From an uncultured Peptococcaceae bacterium (GTDB lineage: Bacteria > Bacillota > Dehalobacteriia > UBA7702), in assembly GCA_964637365.1 (NCBI GenBank), contig CAZWWH010000005.1, positions 18,980-82,979 on the forward strand: DNA of 64,000 nucleotides. Reading direction: 5' to 3'. The notes beneath the pieces are model-generated. The model did not search any database. It worked only from the letters and a program-made list of their open reading frames with translations, and had not been told where the DNA came from. Of the stretch, positions 1 through 9,564 are shown one piece after another (positions within the stretch are counted from its first letter, which is position 1; the number at the start of each line of letters is the position of its first letter). Both the position numbers and the translations under genes were made by a program.

Positions 1-380
1 TCGGCGTGGCCAATATCGCCCTCCATACGAGAGAAAAAATGATCGACGTTATGGAGGAGGATTATGTACTTTTTGCCCGTGCCCGTGGCGAAAGCACGTT
101 TCAGATTCTGCGGCGCCATGGATTAAGAAATATTATGCTGCCTGCCATTACCTTACAGTTTGCATCGATCAGTGAAATTTTTGGCGGCTCTGTTTTGGTG
201 GAACAGGTATTTTCTTATCCCGGCTTAGGCAATGCCGCAGTTTCTGCAGGACTGGGGGGTGACGTTCCCATGTTACTGGGGATTGCGGTAATCAGTGCGG
301 CGTTAGTCTTTACCGGGAATTTGATTGCCAATATATTATATGGCGTCATCGATCCAAGAATCAGGAGGGGGGAATGCTGA
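1..380 (+). CDS. ABC transporter permease, DppB/OppB/NikB type, C-terminal fragment (5' end outside window)
   Basis: The frame is open from the window edge. The tail 'VEQVFSYPGLG...NILYGVIDPRIR' is typical of peptide/nickel permeases. The stop at 378-380 directly abuts the next ATG at 381. Confidence 0.85.
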   Translation, partial: GVANIALHTREKMIDVMEEDYVLFARARGESTFQILRRHGLRNIMLPAITLQFASISEIFGGSVLVEQVFSYPGLGNAAVSAGLGGDVPMLLGIAVISAALVFTGNLIANILYGVIDPRIRRGEC

Positions 381-1247
381 ATGAGTAACAGTCTTACGGT
401 TCCTGTTTTGCAGGAGGCAAAAAAGAGAAAATTTAATTTGCGGAAAAAGACGATCATTTCCCTGTGTCTGGCATTAGGATTCCTCGTTGCTGTGACCATC
501 GCGGGTTTTTTTGCCGGTGATGCCGCCATTACCACTGATTTTACCCAGAAGAATCTTGCTCCCTCAATGGAGCATCTTTTCGGTACTGACTGGCTGGGAC
601 GGGATATGTTGGCTCGTACCCTAAAGGGCCTATCCATTAGTATTGTCATTGGTCTTGCGGCTTCTGTGGTTAGCGCGTTAATCGCTTTGATTTTAGGGAC
701 TCTTGCCGCTACCTTAGGGAAAAAGGTGGATGCTGTGATTACATGGCTCGTGGACTTATTAATGGGGGTACCTCATTTATTATTGCTGATTTTAATTTCT
801 TTTGCCCTCGGTAAGGGAACCGTTGGTGTCACTGTGGCGGTGGCTTTAAGTCACTGGCCCAGTCTTACTCGTGTGATACGGGGTGAGATTTTACAAATCA
901 AAGAGGCAAATTATGTGAAGGTGGCTCAGAAATTGGGGCAAAGCAATGTGACCATTGCTTTGAAACATATTTTACCCCACGTTTTTCCTCAATTTTTGGT
1001 TGGACTGATTCTCTTGTTCCCTCACGCTATCTTGCACGAAGCTGCTATTACTTTTTTGGGCTTTGGTCTTCCACCGGAACAGCCTGGTATCGGCAACATA
1101 CTTTCGGAAAGCATGACGTATTTATCCATGGGAATGTGGTGGCTGGCGGTGTTCCCCGGCATTGCTTTGCTTGCTACGGTGATGATTTTTGATTTTGCTG
1201 GGGGAAATTTGCGGAAGCTGATTGACCCCTTCAGCGCACAAGATTAA
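381..1247 (+). CDS. ABC transporter permease, DppC/OppC/NikC type
   Basis: 288 aa, multi-TM. It carries the N-terminal 'TDFTQKNLAPSMEHLFGTDWLGRD' motif and the C-terminal 'GGNLRKLIDP' motif of OppC-family permeases. Confidence 0.9.
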   Translation: MSNSLTVPVLQEAKKRKFNLRKKTIISLCLALGFLVAVTIAGFFAGDAAITTDFTQKNLAPSMEHLFGTDWLGRDMLARTLKGLSISIVIGLAASVVSALIALILGTLAATLGKKVDAVITWLVDLLMGVPHLLLLILISFALGKGTVGVTVAVALSHWPSLTRVIRGEILQIKEANYVKVAQKLGQSNVTIALKHILPHVFPQFLVGLILLFPHAILHEAAITFLGFGLPPEQPGIGNILSESMTYLSMGMWWLAVFPGIALLATVMIFDFAGGNLRKLIDPFSAQD

Positions 1248-1258
1248 GGAGGGGTACC

Positions 1259-2233
1259 ATGAGTTGTCTCAATAAGCATCATATTTTGGAAATCGAGGAT
1301 CTCTCCATTTCCTTTTCCCAATATGAAAAAGGGCTGCGGCAAATTGAATTGCCTGTCATCTCCAAGCTCAATGTTTCGGTTCATACCGGTGAAATCGTGG
1401 CGGTGGTGGGCTCCAGCGGTTCGGGAAAAAGCTTGCTGGCCCATGCGGTATTGGGGCTTTTGCCCAACAATGCCAATGTGCGGGGCCGCGTCTTTTTTAA
1501 CGAGGAGCTGCTGACCCCCCAGCGCATTGAGGAGCTGCGGGGAAAGGACATTTCCCTGGTACCCCAAAGCGTCAACTACCTCGATCCCTTGATGAAGGTC
1601 GGCCCTCAGGTGCGCCAGAGCCGCAAGGATAAAAAGGCCATGGAACGACAGAGGAAGCTCTTTGACCATTACGATTTAGAGAAAACCACGGAGGATCTTT
1701 TCCCCTTTGAATTATCCGGCGGCATGGCTCGTCGTGTGTTACTTTCTTCAGCATTGATGGAAGCGCCTCAGTTAATCATTGCCGACGAACCGACGCCGGG
1801 GCTTCATCTGGAAATGGCCAAAAAAGCCATGGCCCATTTCAGAGCCTTTGCCGATGAGGGCAATGGCGTATTGCTGATTACCCACGACATTGAATTGGCC
1901 CTAGAGGTGGCGGATCGCATTGCTGTCTTTTACGCCGGAACCACGGTAGAGGAAGCTAAGGTCAGTGACTTCGCCCAGGAGGAAACCCTGCGCCATCCCT
2001 ATACCAAAGCCCTGTGGCGAGCCTTGCCGCAAAATGGCTTTCAAGCACTGCCTGGAAATCAACCCTATGTGAAGGATATGCCTGAAGGATGCCCCTTTGG
2101 CCCCCGTTGTGAATCTTTCACCGAGGAATGTAAAGGGGATATTCCTGTAAAAATCGTGCGCTGCGGTACGGTGCGCTGCATCCATGGTGAGCCGGGAGAG
2201 GCGCCGCACCATCATCACGGAGAGGAGTGCTGA
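1259..2233 (+). CDS. ABC transporter ATP-binding protein (OppD/DppD/NikD type) with a Cys-rich C-terminal domain and His-rich tail
   Basis: Walker A 'GSSGSGKS', signature 'LSGGMARR', Walker B 'IIADEPT'. Cys-rich oligopeptide-type C-terminal domain ending 'GEAPHHHHGEEC'. Confidence 0.9.
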   Translation: MSCLNKHHILEIEDLSISFSQYEKGLRQIELPVISKLNVSVHTGEIVAVVGSSGSGKSLLAHAVLGLLPNNANVRGRVFFNEELLTPQRIEELRGKDISLVPQSVNYLDPLMKVGPQVRQSRKDKKAMERQRKLFDHYDLEKTTEDLFPFELSGGMARRVLLSSALMEAPQLIIADEPTPGLHLEMAKKAMAHFRAFADEGNGVLLITHDIELALEVADRIAVFYAGTTVEEAKVSDFAQEETLRHPYTKALWRALPQNGFQALPGNQPYVKDMPEGCPFGPRCESFTEECKGDIPVKIVRCGTVRCIHGEPGEAPHHHHGEEC

Positions 2234-2237
2234 AATT

Positions 2238-2849
2238 ATGTTGTTGGAAGCGAATGACCTAACTTTTGCCTATCGGAAGGGCGGGGAGAAAATTCTTGAT
2301 AAATTCAGTATGACTGTGGAAAGTCACGAAAGGGTGGGACTTTTAGCCCCCAGTGGTTTTGGAAAGACGACTCTTTGTCAAATATTGGCCGGGTATTTGC
2401 GTCCTAACAGCGGAACTGTATTGTTGGACGGCAAACCTTTGCCGAAAAAAGGTATTTGTCCGGTGCAGATGATTTGGCAACATCCTGAAAAAGTGGTAAA
2501 CCCCCGTTTGAAAATGGGGGATACCTTGGCGGAAGGTGATCGTATTGACTCCCGTATCATCAAAGAACTGGGGATCGAAAAAGATTGGTTCCACCGTTAT
2601 CCGGGCGAGTTGTCTGGTGGTGAAATGCAGCGGTTCTGCATTGCCAGGGCTTTGGGAGAATCCACGCGGTTTATCATTGCCGATGAAATCAGCACCATGC
2701 TGGATTTGATTACTCAAAGCCAGATTTGGAATTTTCTCCTGAAGGAGGTGCGGGAGCGTGAAATTGGCCTTGTGGCTGTAACGCACAGCGATGCCTTGAT
2801 GGAACTGGTGACTACCCGTGTAATCAATTTGGAGACAGAAGAACGGTAA
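2238..2849 (+). CDS. ABC transporter ATP-binding protein (OppF/DppF/NikE type)
   Basis: Walker A 'APSGFGKTT', signature 'LSGGEMQR', Walker B 'IIADE'. The ATG at 2238 follows a GGAGAGGAG RBS. The longer track ORF from 2184 overlaps the upstream gene. Confidence 0.9.
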   Translation: MLLEANDLTFAYRKGGEKILDKFSMTVESHERVGLLAPSGFGKTTLCQILAGYLRPNSGTVLLDGKPLPKKGICPVQMIWQHPEKVVNPRLKMGDTLAEGDRIDSRIIKELGIEKDWFHRYPGELSGGEMQRFCIARALGESTRFIIADEISTMLDLITQSQIWNFLLKEVREREIGLVAVTHSDALMELVTTRVINLETEER

Positions 2850-3253
2850 CCCCAAAGAGGATCGGAGACACTTGTAAGGAAGTATTATAAAATTTCGATA
2901 GAAGCGGCGTGGCGAATGGTAGTTACTCACAAAACAGTATTACAGACAAATGAAATAGGGTAGCTGCCATACAGGGTGCACAAAAAGACGAGTGAGAAGC
3001 GATTGTTTTTCAATCGTCTTTTTTGTTGCGCAGTAGAAAGCCATTTTCTAAGATAGAAGTAAAAAACCCTTCTCCTTGCCATTATCGCGTCCACAAACCC
3101 GTATAAATCAAAACAACCATGATAGTTAGAGGGCGCGGTCTACTGCTTTTGGCTTTGCTGCTCGCTATCTGTCAGAACGAAACTTCAAGATAGCTTTTAT
3201 AAGCCGCGCCCCTATTCTTCATGGATATATATCGGGGATTGATATGCAGAACC

Positions 3254-3472
3254 TTAGTAATCAATCAACAGGAACAGCAGTTTTTCGGGATTGAATCGTT
3301 CCAAATGCTTCATAATTCCCTGCTTCAACTGCTTCATGGACCTCGTTTTGCCGTTTTCTATGCGGTTATAATGTTCTCTGCTGATACCGACAGCAACGGC
3401 TAGTTTCGTCTGTGATATGCCGTATCTGTCACGTTTTTCTTTTAATTCTTTGATAAAATCATTGTCATCCAT
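3254..3472 (-). CDS. XRE-family helix-turn-helix transcriptional regulator (small)
   Basis: HTH_3 motif 'ISQTKLAVAVGISREHYNRIENGKT'. The ATG at 3472 is preceded by AGGA. The longer ORF to 3529 lacks an RBS. Confidence 0.75.
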   Translation of the reverse strand: MDDNDFIKELKEKRDRYGISQTKLAVAVGISREHYNRIENGKTRSMKQLKQGIMKHLERFNPEKLLFLLIDY

Positions 3473-3610
3473 TCTAAAATTCCTACAATCAAAAAAGGCA
3501 ACTATCGTTCGTTGATAATTGCCTGTCATTATTAAACTTTTTCAAAAGAAAAGTAGTCAATCATATAGACAAACTGCTTGTGTCATGTGAGATACTAAAT
3601 CTCTTAATAT

Positions 3611-4246
3611 CTATATCTCAAAATCCATCTGTGCTAATTTTTTACCATTGGGTAGCATATGCTCCAAAGTTCTGATTGCATGATATCCAATTTCAATCAT
3701 TGCTTCCTCTAATGCTTGTTCTTCCATCTGATGATGTACTTGTTCCAGTCCATCGAACACATGCAAATAAGGCGAATCCGAAACCCAATGATCCTCAATA
3801 TTAATTTGAATGATACAAGAAACAAACTTCGGATTCACATGTTGGATTGCTTTCTGAAAACATTCATAACCAATATACTCAATGAGCAGATTTGCAATGA
3901 CCATATCTGCTTTTGGTAGCTTATTAGTTCCATCTATTAGATTAATACATAAACATTCCAGAAGTCCGTCTAAATCTGGGTATCTGTGGATAACTTCTTT
4001 CAAATAAGAAGAATTGACGTCGACTCCATATACTCTTTCAAATTTGTCTTTTTGGATATGTTCAAGACCATTGCCACCTGCAATCCCCAATATCATTACA
4101 CTAGAAATGGGATAAGTATCAAATTGACCTTTCATCATTTCGTTCATAGCCTGTAACTGCATAACAGAATCAAGTTTCATATGATTTTCATAATCAGTTA
4201 ATGGAATTTCCTCCCATGGATTTTTCATTTGATTACCTCTTTTCAA
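3611..4246 (-). CDS. class I SAM-dependent methyltransferase
   Basis: Motif I 'VMILGIAGGNGLEH', followed by 'VYGVDVN' and 'MVIANLLIEYI', typical of Rossmann-fold methyltransferases. Confidence 0.75.
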   Translation of the reverse strand: MKRGNQMKNPWEEIPLTDYENHMKLDSVMQLQAMNEMMKGQFDTYPISSVMILGIAGGNGLEHIQKDKFERVYGVDVNSSYLKEVIHRYPDLDGLLECLCINLIDGTNKLPKADMVIANLLIEYIGYECFQKAIQHVNPKFVSCIIQINIEDHWVSDSPYLHVFDGLEQVHHQMEEQALEEAMIEIGYHAIRTLEHMLPNGKKLAQMDFEI

Positions 4247-4594
4247 ATTTTAATTTATTATTTTCTATGATATTATATCATCAATATAAAAGCACGTCAT
4301 TAACTATTTAGAATTAGACAAAAGGCTGTGATATTATTATGATTCTATATTACATACCTCAAAACTCTTTTATACCGCATAAATATAGAATATTTTGTAC
4401 CTTTTGGTGTACAGTTTCCAGTTTTTATGCCCCCCCTTGTTAGATAACGGAGGCTTTATACAGGCTCGCTACGCTGGCCCGACTTTCGCATTCCTGCAAG
4501 GAAGGAAGAATGCTTGAGAAGATCTGAGGATTTTCCCTCATCGCTTTATTGGTATGCGTGCGAAGAAATGCTCTTTTACAAACTCAAATTGATA

Positions 4595-5023
4595 TTACTG
4601 TTTCCATATCATAAAGTATTCTTTTTCGCCAGTATTTTCGTCGGTATTTTCCCATTGAATCTCAAAATTTTCTCTTTGGTAGAATTTTATTGCCCGTGTA
4701 TTTTTTTGATATACACTTAAACCTAATTGCTTTTTAATACCTTTTACAAAGTCCAGCAACTGTTTACCTATACCGCTGGATTGTGCTTCATCCCAAACAA
4801 AAATTCCTGCGATATAATCATCACTTAGTCCAACAAAACCTTGTATTCTATTCTTGTTTTTATCTTCATAAACATACACTTCCGCTTGTGAAATCATTTC
4901 TTTCACTGCTTCAAAATTATCCTTCCAATATTGTGCAGGAATAAAATTGTGGGCTTTCATATTGGTATCAAACCAAATATCTGCAACTCTTTTTATATCT
5001 GTTTCTTGTAGCTTTCTAATCAT
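4595..5023 (-). CDS. GNAT family N-acetyltransferase
   Basis: Acetyl-CoA binding motif 'IFVWDEAQSSGIGKQLLDFV'. The ATG at 5023 has GGAG 8 nt upstream. Confidence 0.8.
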   Translation of the reverse strand: MIRKLQETDIKRVADIWFDTNMKAHNFIPAQYWKDNFEAVKEMISQAEVYVYEDKNKNRIQGFVGLSDDYIAGIFVWDEAQSSGIGKQLLDFVKGIKKQLGLSVYQKNTRAIKFYQRENFEIQWENTDENTGEKEYFMIWKQ

Positions 5024-5308
5024 GATAGATTCTCCATTCGTAAACGAATTCTGATTGAGCAAGTCATTGATATACACATATCATAGCATTGTTGAATCAT
5101 ATCATTATTCCTTTTCTGCTTTGTAGATCATATTTTTTTATCCCATAATTTGTCGGGAATGCAAGCATCGCCACGCAACAATTTCTTCTACTGGATGGCC
5201 ACTGTGTTTTACCGTATCTCCTTTTTAATGTAATTTTAAGGGGAGGGCCATTGCTTTTTCTTATGGGTTCCTGTATGATGGTAACAGTGATAAGAGAGAG
5301 GTGAAATA

Positions 5309-5764
5309 ATGAAAAAGCAGTTGCTTGGTATTCTTTTGATTTTTGGACTGGCACTTTTTTCTGGCTGTGGCGCGGAAGAAGATGAAAATGGTGGCTCCTG
5401 GCAAGCTGATATTGGAAAGGCCCAAGCCATTCGTATTGTGAATGCTGAAACAGACGATATCTTGGCAGAGCTTACGGGAAATCAGGAAATAGAAGCTTTT
5501 GTAACAGCTCTGGATTTAGACCGCTGGAAGTTATCTACTTTACCTGATCACGCTGAGTCCACGATGATTGTTTATCTTTCTCAGGAGCCTACTAAAACCT
5601 TATGGAATGAGGATTCCGAAGATTCTTTGGAAGAGGTAGGACATCTGACGGTATATCCTGATGTTTCTTATATTACTGTGACCTTTGTAGGCTTCTCCTT
5701 TGATTTTGAGGTTCCTCAGCAGGTGATGGAATCCCTTCAGCAGTATGCAGAAACCGAATATTAA
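5309..5764 (+). CDS. lipoprotein of unknown function
   Basis: Signal peptide with lipobox 'LALFSGC'. The RBS GAGAGGTG precedes the ATG. Confidence 0.7.
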   Translation: MKKQLLGILLIFGLALFSGCGAEEDENGGSWQADIGKAQAIRIVNAETDDILAELTGNQEIEAFVTALDLDRWKLSTLPDHAESTMIVYLSQEPTKTLWNEDSEDSLEEVGHLTVYPDVSYITVTFVGFSFDFEVPQQVMESLQQYAETEY

Positions 5765-5777
5765 ATCAAAAAGAGAA

Positions 5778-5811
5778 AACGCTGTGTCTTTTGACACAGC
5801 GTTATTTTTTG
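5778..5811. terminator. bidirectional rho-independent terminator between convergent genes
   Basis: Stem AACGCTGTGTC / GACACAGCGTT with a TTTT loop, followed by a T-run and preceded by an A-run. Confidence 0.8.
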
Positions 5812-5846
5812 TTTCAATAGGACATAAGATGGATTGGTTTATGGGT

Positions 5847-7076
5847 TTATTTCCCCACGGCTGTCAACATTGCCGAAACCATTTTTGCAGTTTCCGCCCG
5901 TGTGGCTTTATTTTGAGGACGAAAATGGTTGTCCTCATACCCATCAATGATATTTGCTTTTTGCATAGCGGTCACATAACTTTCCGCGTAAGACGAAATT
6001 TTATTATGGTCGGCAAATTTTTTTTGCGCGTTGATGCTGGGCAAAGTGCCATAATATTTTTGAGCAAAACGTCCCAGCATGGTAGCAATATCTTCTCTGG
6101 TGATAAAATCGTTGGGCGAGAAATAACCGGCGTAACCAGTTACAATTCCCTGTTGATAAGCCCAAGCAACATAGGACGCATACCATTGACCGGCTTTCAC
6201 ATCTTTAAAAGGAGAGGTTCCTCCATAATTGTCCGGATTGATTTTAGCGGTTTTTGCTAAAATTGTAGCCAATTCAGCACGGGTAATTTGGTTATCTGGT
6301 GTAAAGGTGCCATCTCCATTGCCGCCCAAAATATTCAGATCTGTTAAATCATAAATATAATCCGCCGCCCAGTGGGTACTTGGAACATCTTTGTATTCGC
6401 CTGGCTGTATGAGGCCCTGAACAGTGTAAACATAATAGGTATTATAGAATTGCCCATAGCTATCTTGGGATGACGTGGGGAAGGGAATACGACGGTTTTT
6501 GGCCGCTAAACGTACACCACTCGATGTCCAGCTCCAATTTTGTTCGATTAACGTCAATACGCCGTTTTCATAGCTTTTTACAATGGCGTAGTGGCCGTAG
6601 CCTTTCCCTCTTTGAGATGCCGTAGCATAAACGATATCGCCTTTCTTGGGATTATAGGTACGAACAATATTGTAGCCATTGTAGCTTTGCCCCAAACGAG
6701 AGGTAATATTTTTGATACCGTAAAGGGAACTGTAATAGCGGTTAATGTATTCCGCGCAGTCGTAACCGCTGCCGGAAGGATTATAATAGGCGGAGATGCC
6801 ATTAAGGGAATCCACGACAAAATTGCTGTGAGTAATGGAAATGCGTTCATAGCCCAAACTGTAGTCCATGCCGGATTTGGCGGCAGAGAGGATCACTTCT
6901 GGGGCTTGATCCAAAGTAACGACAGAAACAAAGGAATCACCGGAAGACGATGATTCATCAGTATTCGATAAAGATACGTTGGAAGCTCCCTCGGTAGAGA
7001 TTTCTTCTGCGAAGGTGACGGATGAGAAGCTAAGGAGTAGGATCAGAGTCACTAAAATAGAATATCGTTTCTTCAT
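5847..7076 (-). CDS. secreted CHAP-domain peptidoglycan hydrolase with three C-terminal SLH domains
   Basis: Signal peptide 'MKKRYSILVTLILLLSFSSVTFA'. CHAP-like 'CAEYINRYY ... GHYAIV'. Three SLH repeats ('YKDVPSTHWAADYIYDL', 'FKDVKAGQWYASYVAWA', 'FADHNKISSYAESYVTAM'). RBS AAAGGAG before the ATG at 7076. Confidence 0.85.
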   Translation of the reverse strand: MKKRYSILVTLILLLSFSSVTFAEEISTEGASNVSLSNTDESSSSGDSFVSVVTLDQAPEVILSAAKSGMDYSLGYERISITHSNFVVDSLNGISAYYNPSGSGYDCAEYINRYYSSLYGIKNITSRLGQSYNGYNIVRTYNPKKGDIVYATASQRGKGYGHYAIVKSYENGVLTLIEQNWSWTSSGVRLAAKNRRIPFPTSSQDSYGQFYNTYYVYTVQGLIQPGEYKDVPSTHWAADYIYDLTDLNILGGNGDGTFTPDNQITRAELATILAKTAKINPDNYGGTSPFKDVKAGQWYASYVAWAYQQGIVTGYAGYFSPNDFITREDIATMLGRFAQKYYGTLPSINAQKKFADHNKISSYAESYVTAMQKANIIDGYEDNHFRPQNKATRAETAKMVSAMLTAVGK

Positions 7077-7111
7077 GATTGCTCCTTTTTCTTTTACCAA
7101 TGTTCTTTCTT

Positions 7112-7140
7112 ATTATAATAAAAAACCAAAGATTTTTCAA
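7112..7140 (-). promoter_or_regulatory. sigma-A-like promoter for the CHAP-SLH gene
   Basis: On the minus strand, TTGAAA-17 nt-TATAAT lies about 35 nt upstream of the RBS. Confidence 0.5.
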
Positions 7141-7466
7141 TGGTTTATTTTTTCGTAAATGGGGAAATGATAAAGGGTAAAAGCAGCAATTAATGACAGT
7201 GTTGCAGAAACGATAAAAATCCCCTGGCAGACCCTGGTTCCATTAGAAATTCCTTCCATCAACCGTTCTTGGTTTTTTGGCGTTATGCAGGTGAAATTTG
7301 TTGAGAAATGATGTACATCTCGCGGAAGTCATTTGAACGCTTCCATTTTAGACCAGAACAGCGATTCCGTTTTGGAGTACCTGAATTTTTTGTAATATGA
7401 TATGTTGAAAATTTTGTCAAAATAATTCGTTTGTTCAATTTTATCAAATTTAGTTTGGTGATTCTT

Positions 7467-8327
7467 TCAATTCTTTTGGCTTTTCATGATGCTTACAAGC
7501 GCTTTCATATCCCGTGGCAACGGTGATGATATAACGTGGGCTTGGCCTTGATGAAAAAAGCTCATGATTCCGCAGTGAAGAGCTTGACGGCGGATATATT
7601 GTGTATCGCCACCATAGAGGGTATCACCTGCCAAAGGATGGCCCAGATGCGCCATATGAACACGAATTTGATGAGTACGACCTGTTTCTAGCCGCAGCTT
7701 TAATAAAGTATGCTTATGGCCTCGCGCCAGCACTTGGTAATGAGTCACAGAGGGTTGCCCTGCCGGGTCAACTTTTCTTTGGATGACGGAGCCCCCTACT
7801 CGCAACAAAGGGGCGTTGACGGTACCTCGGTCTTCTTCGATGATCCCTTGGGTAATGGCGAAATAATCCTTTTCAATGGCAGAGCCAAGCTTTACTGCAG
7901 TGAGACGGTTTTTGGCAATGAGGCAGAGTCCCGTGGTGTGCCGGTCTAGCCGGCCTAAGGGACGAAAAGGAATCCCCGGATGAAGGTAGGAAAAATAGTT
8001 CCCCAGAGCATCGTTAAAGTCCCGAGTCGCGGGATGGACTAAAATATCGTCGGGTTTTTCAAAGATCAGAAGATCATCGTTTTCAAAAACCACAGAGATG
8101 CCCAGATCGCCGTTGGGCGGCAATACCGGCGCTTTATCGGGAAAATCCACAGTGATGACGTCTCCCGCCTTCACCGGGTCAATGTTGCGGCGGAAACTAC
8201 CGTTGACACTGACGCCGCCCTCCTTTCTGAGCCGTTTCAGCATACTGGAGGAATATCCCTGTTCCTTTAAAAACTGTCCCACAGAGCAAGGAGCAAAAAG
8301 GGGAGGTACGCGATAAGATTTGACCAT
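7467..8327 (-). CDS. RluA-family 23S rRNA pseudouridine synthase (S4 domain plus catalytic domain)
   Basis: Catalytic 'GRLDRHTTGL' and C-terminal 'GRTHQIRVHMAHLGHPLAGDTLYG'. Confidence 0.9.
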   Translation of the reverse strand: MVKSYRVPPLFAPCSVGQFLKEQGYSSSMLKRLRKEGGVSVNGSFRRNIDPVKAGDVITVDFPDKAPVLPPNGDLGISVVFENDDLLIFEKPDDILVHPATRDFNDALGNYFSYLHPGIPFRPLGRLDRHTTGLCLIAKNRLTAVKLGSAIEKDYFAITQGIIEEDRGTVNAPLLRVGGSVIQRKVDPAGQPSVTHYQVLARGHKHTLLKLRLETGRTHQIRVHMAHLGHPLAGDTLYGGDTQYIRRQALHCGIMSFFHQGQAHVISSPLPRDMKALVSIMKSQKN

Positions 8328-8524
8328 GAGCTTTTAACCTTTCCAATCAATAGTGACCTTAGTCTAGCAAAAAAATGATAGTCCGTCAAATGGTGAGAAA
8401 ACATCAATGATAATAAAAAAGAGATAATGAAAGTAAAATTGAGAATTCATGAGAATACGGATGATTGTAAAATAATAAATGACAAAAAAGGTCAAGAAAT
8501 ATCAGAAATGGTCAAATATTTCTC

Positions 8525-8553
8525 TTGCCAATCATTTCCTGTGGGTATATAAT
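8525..8553 (+). promoter_or_regulatory. sigma-A-type promoter of the ctsR operon
   Basis: TTGCCA (8525-8530), 17-nt spacer, TATAAT (8548-8553). Confidence 0.6.
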
Positions 8554-8554
8554 A

Positions 8555-8572
8555 AGGTCAAGAAAGGTCAAT
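8555..8572 (+). promoter_or_regulatory. CtsR operator (heptad direct repeat)
   Basis: AGGTCAAGAAAGGTCAAT matches the CtsR box A/GGTCAAA-NAN-A/GGTCAAA and abuts the -10 box. Confidence 0.8.
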
Positions 8573-8594
8573 AGACCGAGAAAGAAGTGATTCC

Positions 8595-9062
8595 ATGAGT
8601 TCATTGGCAAGCCGTATTGAACGGTATATTAAAGATATGATGGCGGAGAACGGTACCAACTGCTTGGAGCTGAAACGCAATGAGCTGGCGCAGACCTTTA
8701 CCTGTGTGCCATCGCAAATCAATTATGTATTGGAAACAAGGTTCCGTGATGAACAGGGCTACCATGTGGTGAGCCGCCGCGGCGCCGGCGGATGTTTCCA
8801 GATTATTCGTTTGGAGGTCACTGATGATTCGGAATTAAAGCAGCTCATTGATAAGGTCTCTCAAAGTGATATGACCCGACAAACGGCGGAAGGGCTTCTG
8901 AACCGCTTGCTGGAAGAAGATTTCCTCAATAAAAATGAGTATATGCTTTTGAATGCCGTTATCAGTCCTGACTCCCTGTCTTTGGCGGGGGAAAACGAAA
9001 ATGCCCTCAGGGCGCAGTTAATGAAAAATATTTTAATCACGCTGTTACGTGTGGATTATTGA
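8595..9062 (+). CDS. ctsR: CtsR, repressor of class III heat-shock genes
   Basis: 'VPSQINYVLETRFRDEQGYHVVSRRGAGG' is the conserved CtsR winged-HTH region. It is the first gene of a ctsR-mcsA-mcsB-clpC arrangement. Confidence 0.95.
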   Translation: MSSLASRIERYIKDMMAENGTNCLELKRNELAQTFTCVPSQINYVLETRFRDEQGYHVVSRRGAGGCFQIIRLEVTDDSELKQLIDKVSQSDMTRQTAEGLLNRLLEEDFLNKNEYMLLNAVISPDSLSLAGENENALRAQLMKNILITLLRVDY

Positions 9063-9075
9063 GGAGGCGAGCGAT

Positions 9076-9564
9076 ATGTATTGTGAACGTTGTGGGAAAG
9101 AGCATGCCGCAGTGACCGTGACCATCAATGGTCAGACCCAACGGCTCTGTTCCAAATGTTATAGTGAGCTTTACGGTTCCCAGCTGGCTTTGGGAGGGGG
9201 AAATCCCTTAGCGGCCCTCATGGGGATGCTGAGCGGCCAGGGTTTTGAAATACCTTACAGCCAAAGCCTCCAATGTCCCTCCTGCGGCATGACTTACCGC
9301 CAGTTTGTTGGTGATGGTAAATTCGGCTGCGCTCATTGTTATACGGCCTTTGCCGATTTTTTAGATCCACTTTTCCGTAAACTGCATTTTTCCACGGAGC
9401 ATTGCGGAAAAATACCTAAGGATAATCCCAAAGTGCAGACAAAGGATCGCCTGGCCATTCTGGAAGCCCAAAAGCGGGAAGCTGTGGAGCGGGAGGATTA
9501 TGAGCGAGCCAGCCGTTTGAAACGGCAGATTGAGGTAATAATGAAGGAGGGAGGAGAGGAATGA
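9076..9564 (+). CDS. mcsA: McsA, protein-arginine kinase activator (zinc-finger plus UVR motif protein)
   Basis: CxxC pairs ('CERCGK', 'CSKC', 'CPSCG', 'CAHC') and a C-terminal UVR-like 'REDYERASRLKRQIE'. RBS GAGGAGG before the ATG at 9076. Confidence 0.9.
   Translation: MYCERCGKEHAAVTVTINGQTQRLCSKCYSELYGSQLALGGGNPLAALMGMLSGQGFEIPYSQSLQCPSCGMTYRQFVGDGKFGCAHCYTAFADFLDPLFRKLHFSTEHCGKIPKDNPKVQTKDRLAILEAQKREAVEREDYERASRLKRQIEVIMKEGGEE

Noticed and set aside
7077-7466. Possible ydaO/c-di-AMP riboswitch upstream of the CHAP-domain hydrolase (a common association)
   Set aside because: The reverse complement lacks the conserved GGGGACCCA / AGCUAACC blocks. A good TTGAAA-17-TATAAT promoter lies only ~35 nt from the RBS, leaving no room for a riboswitch.
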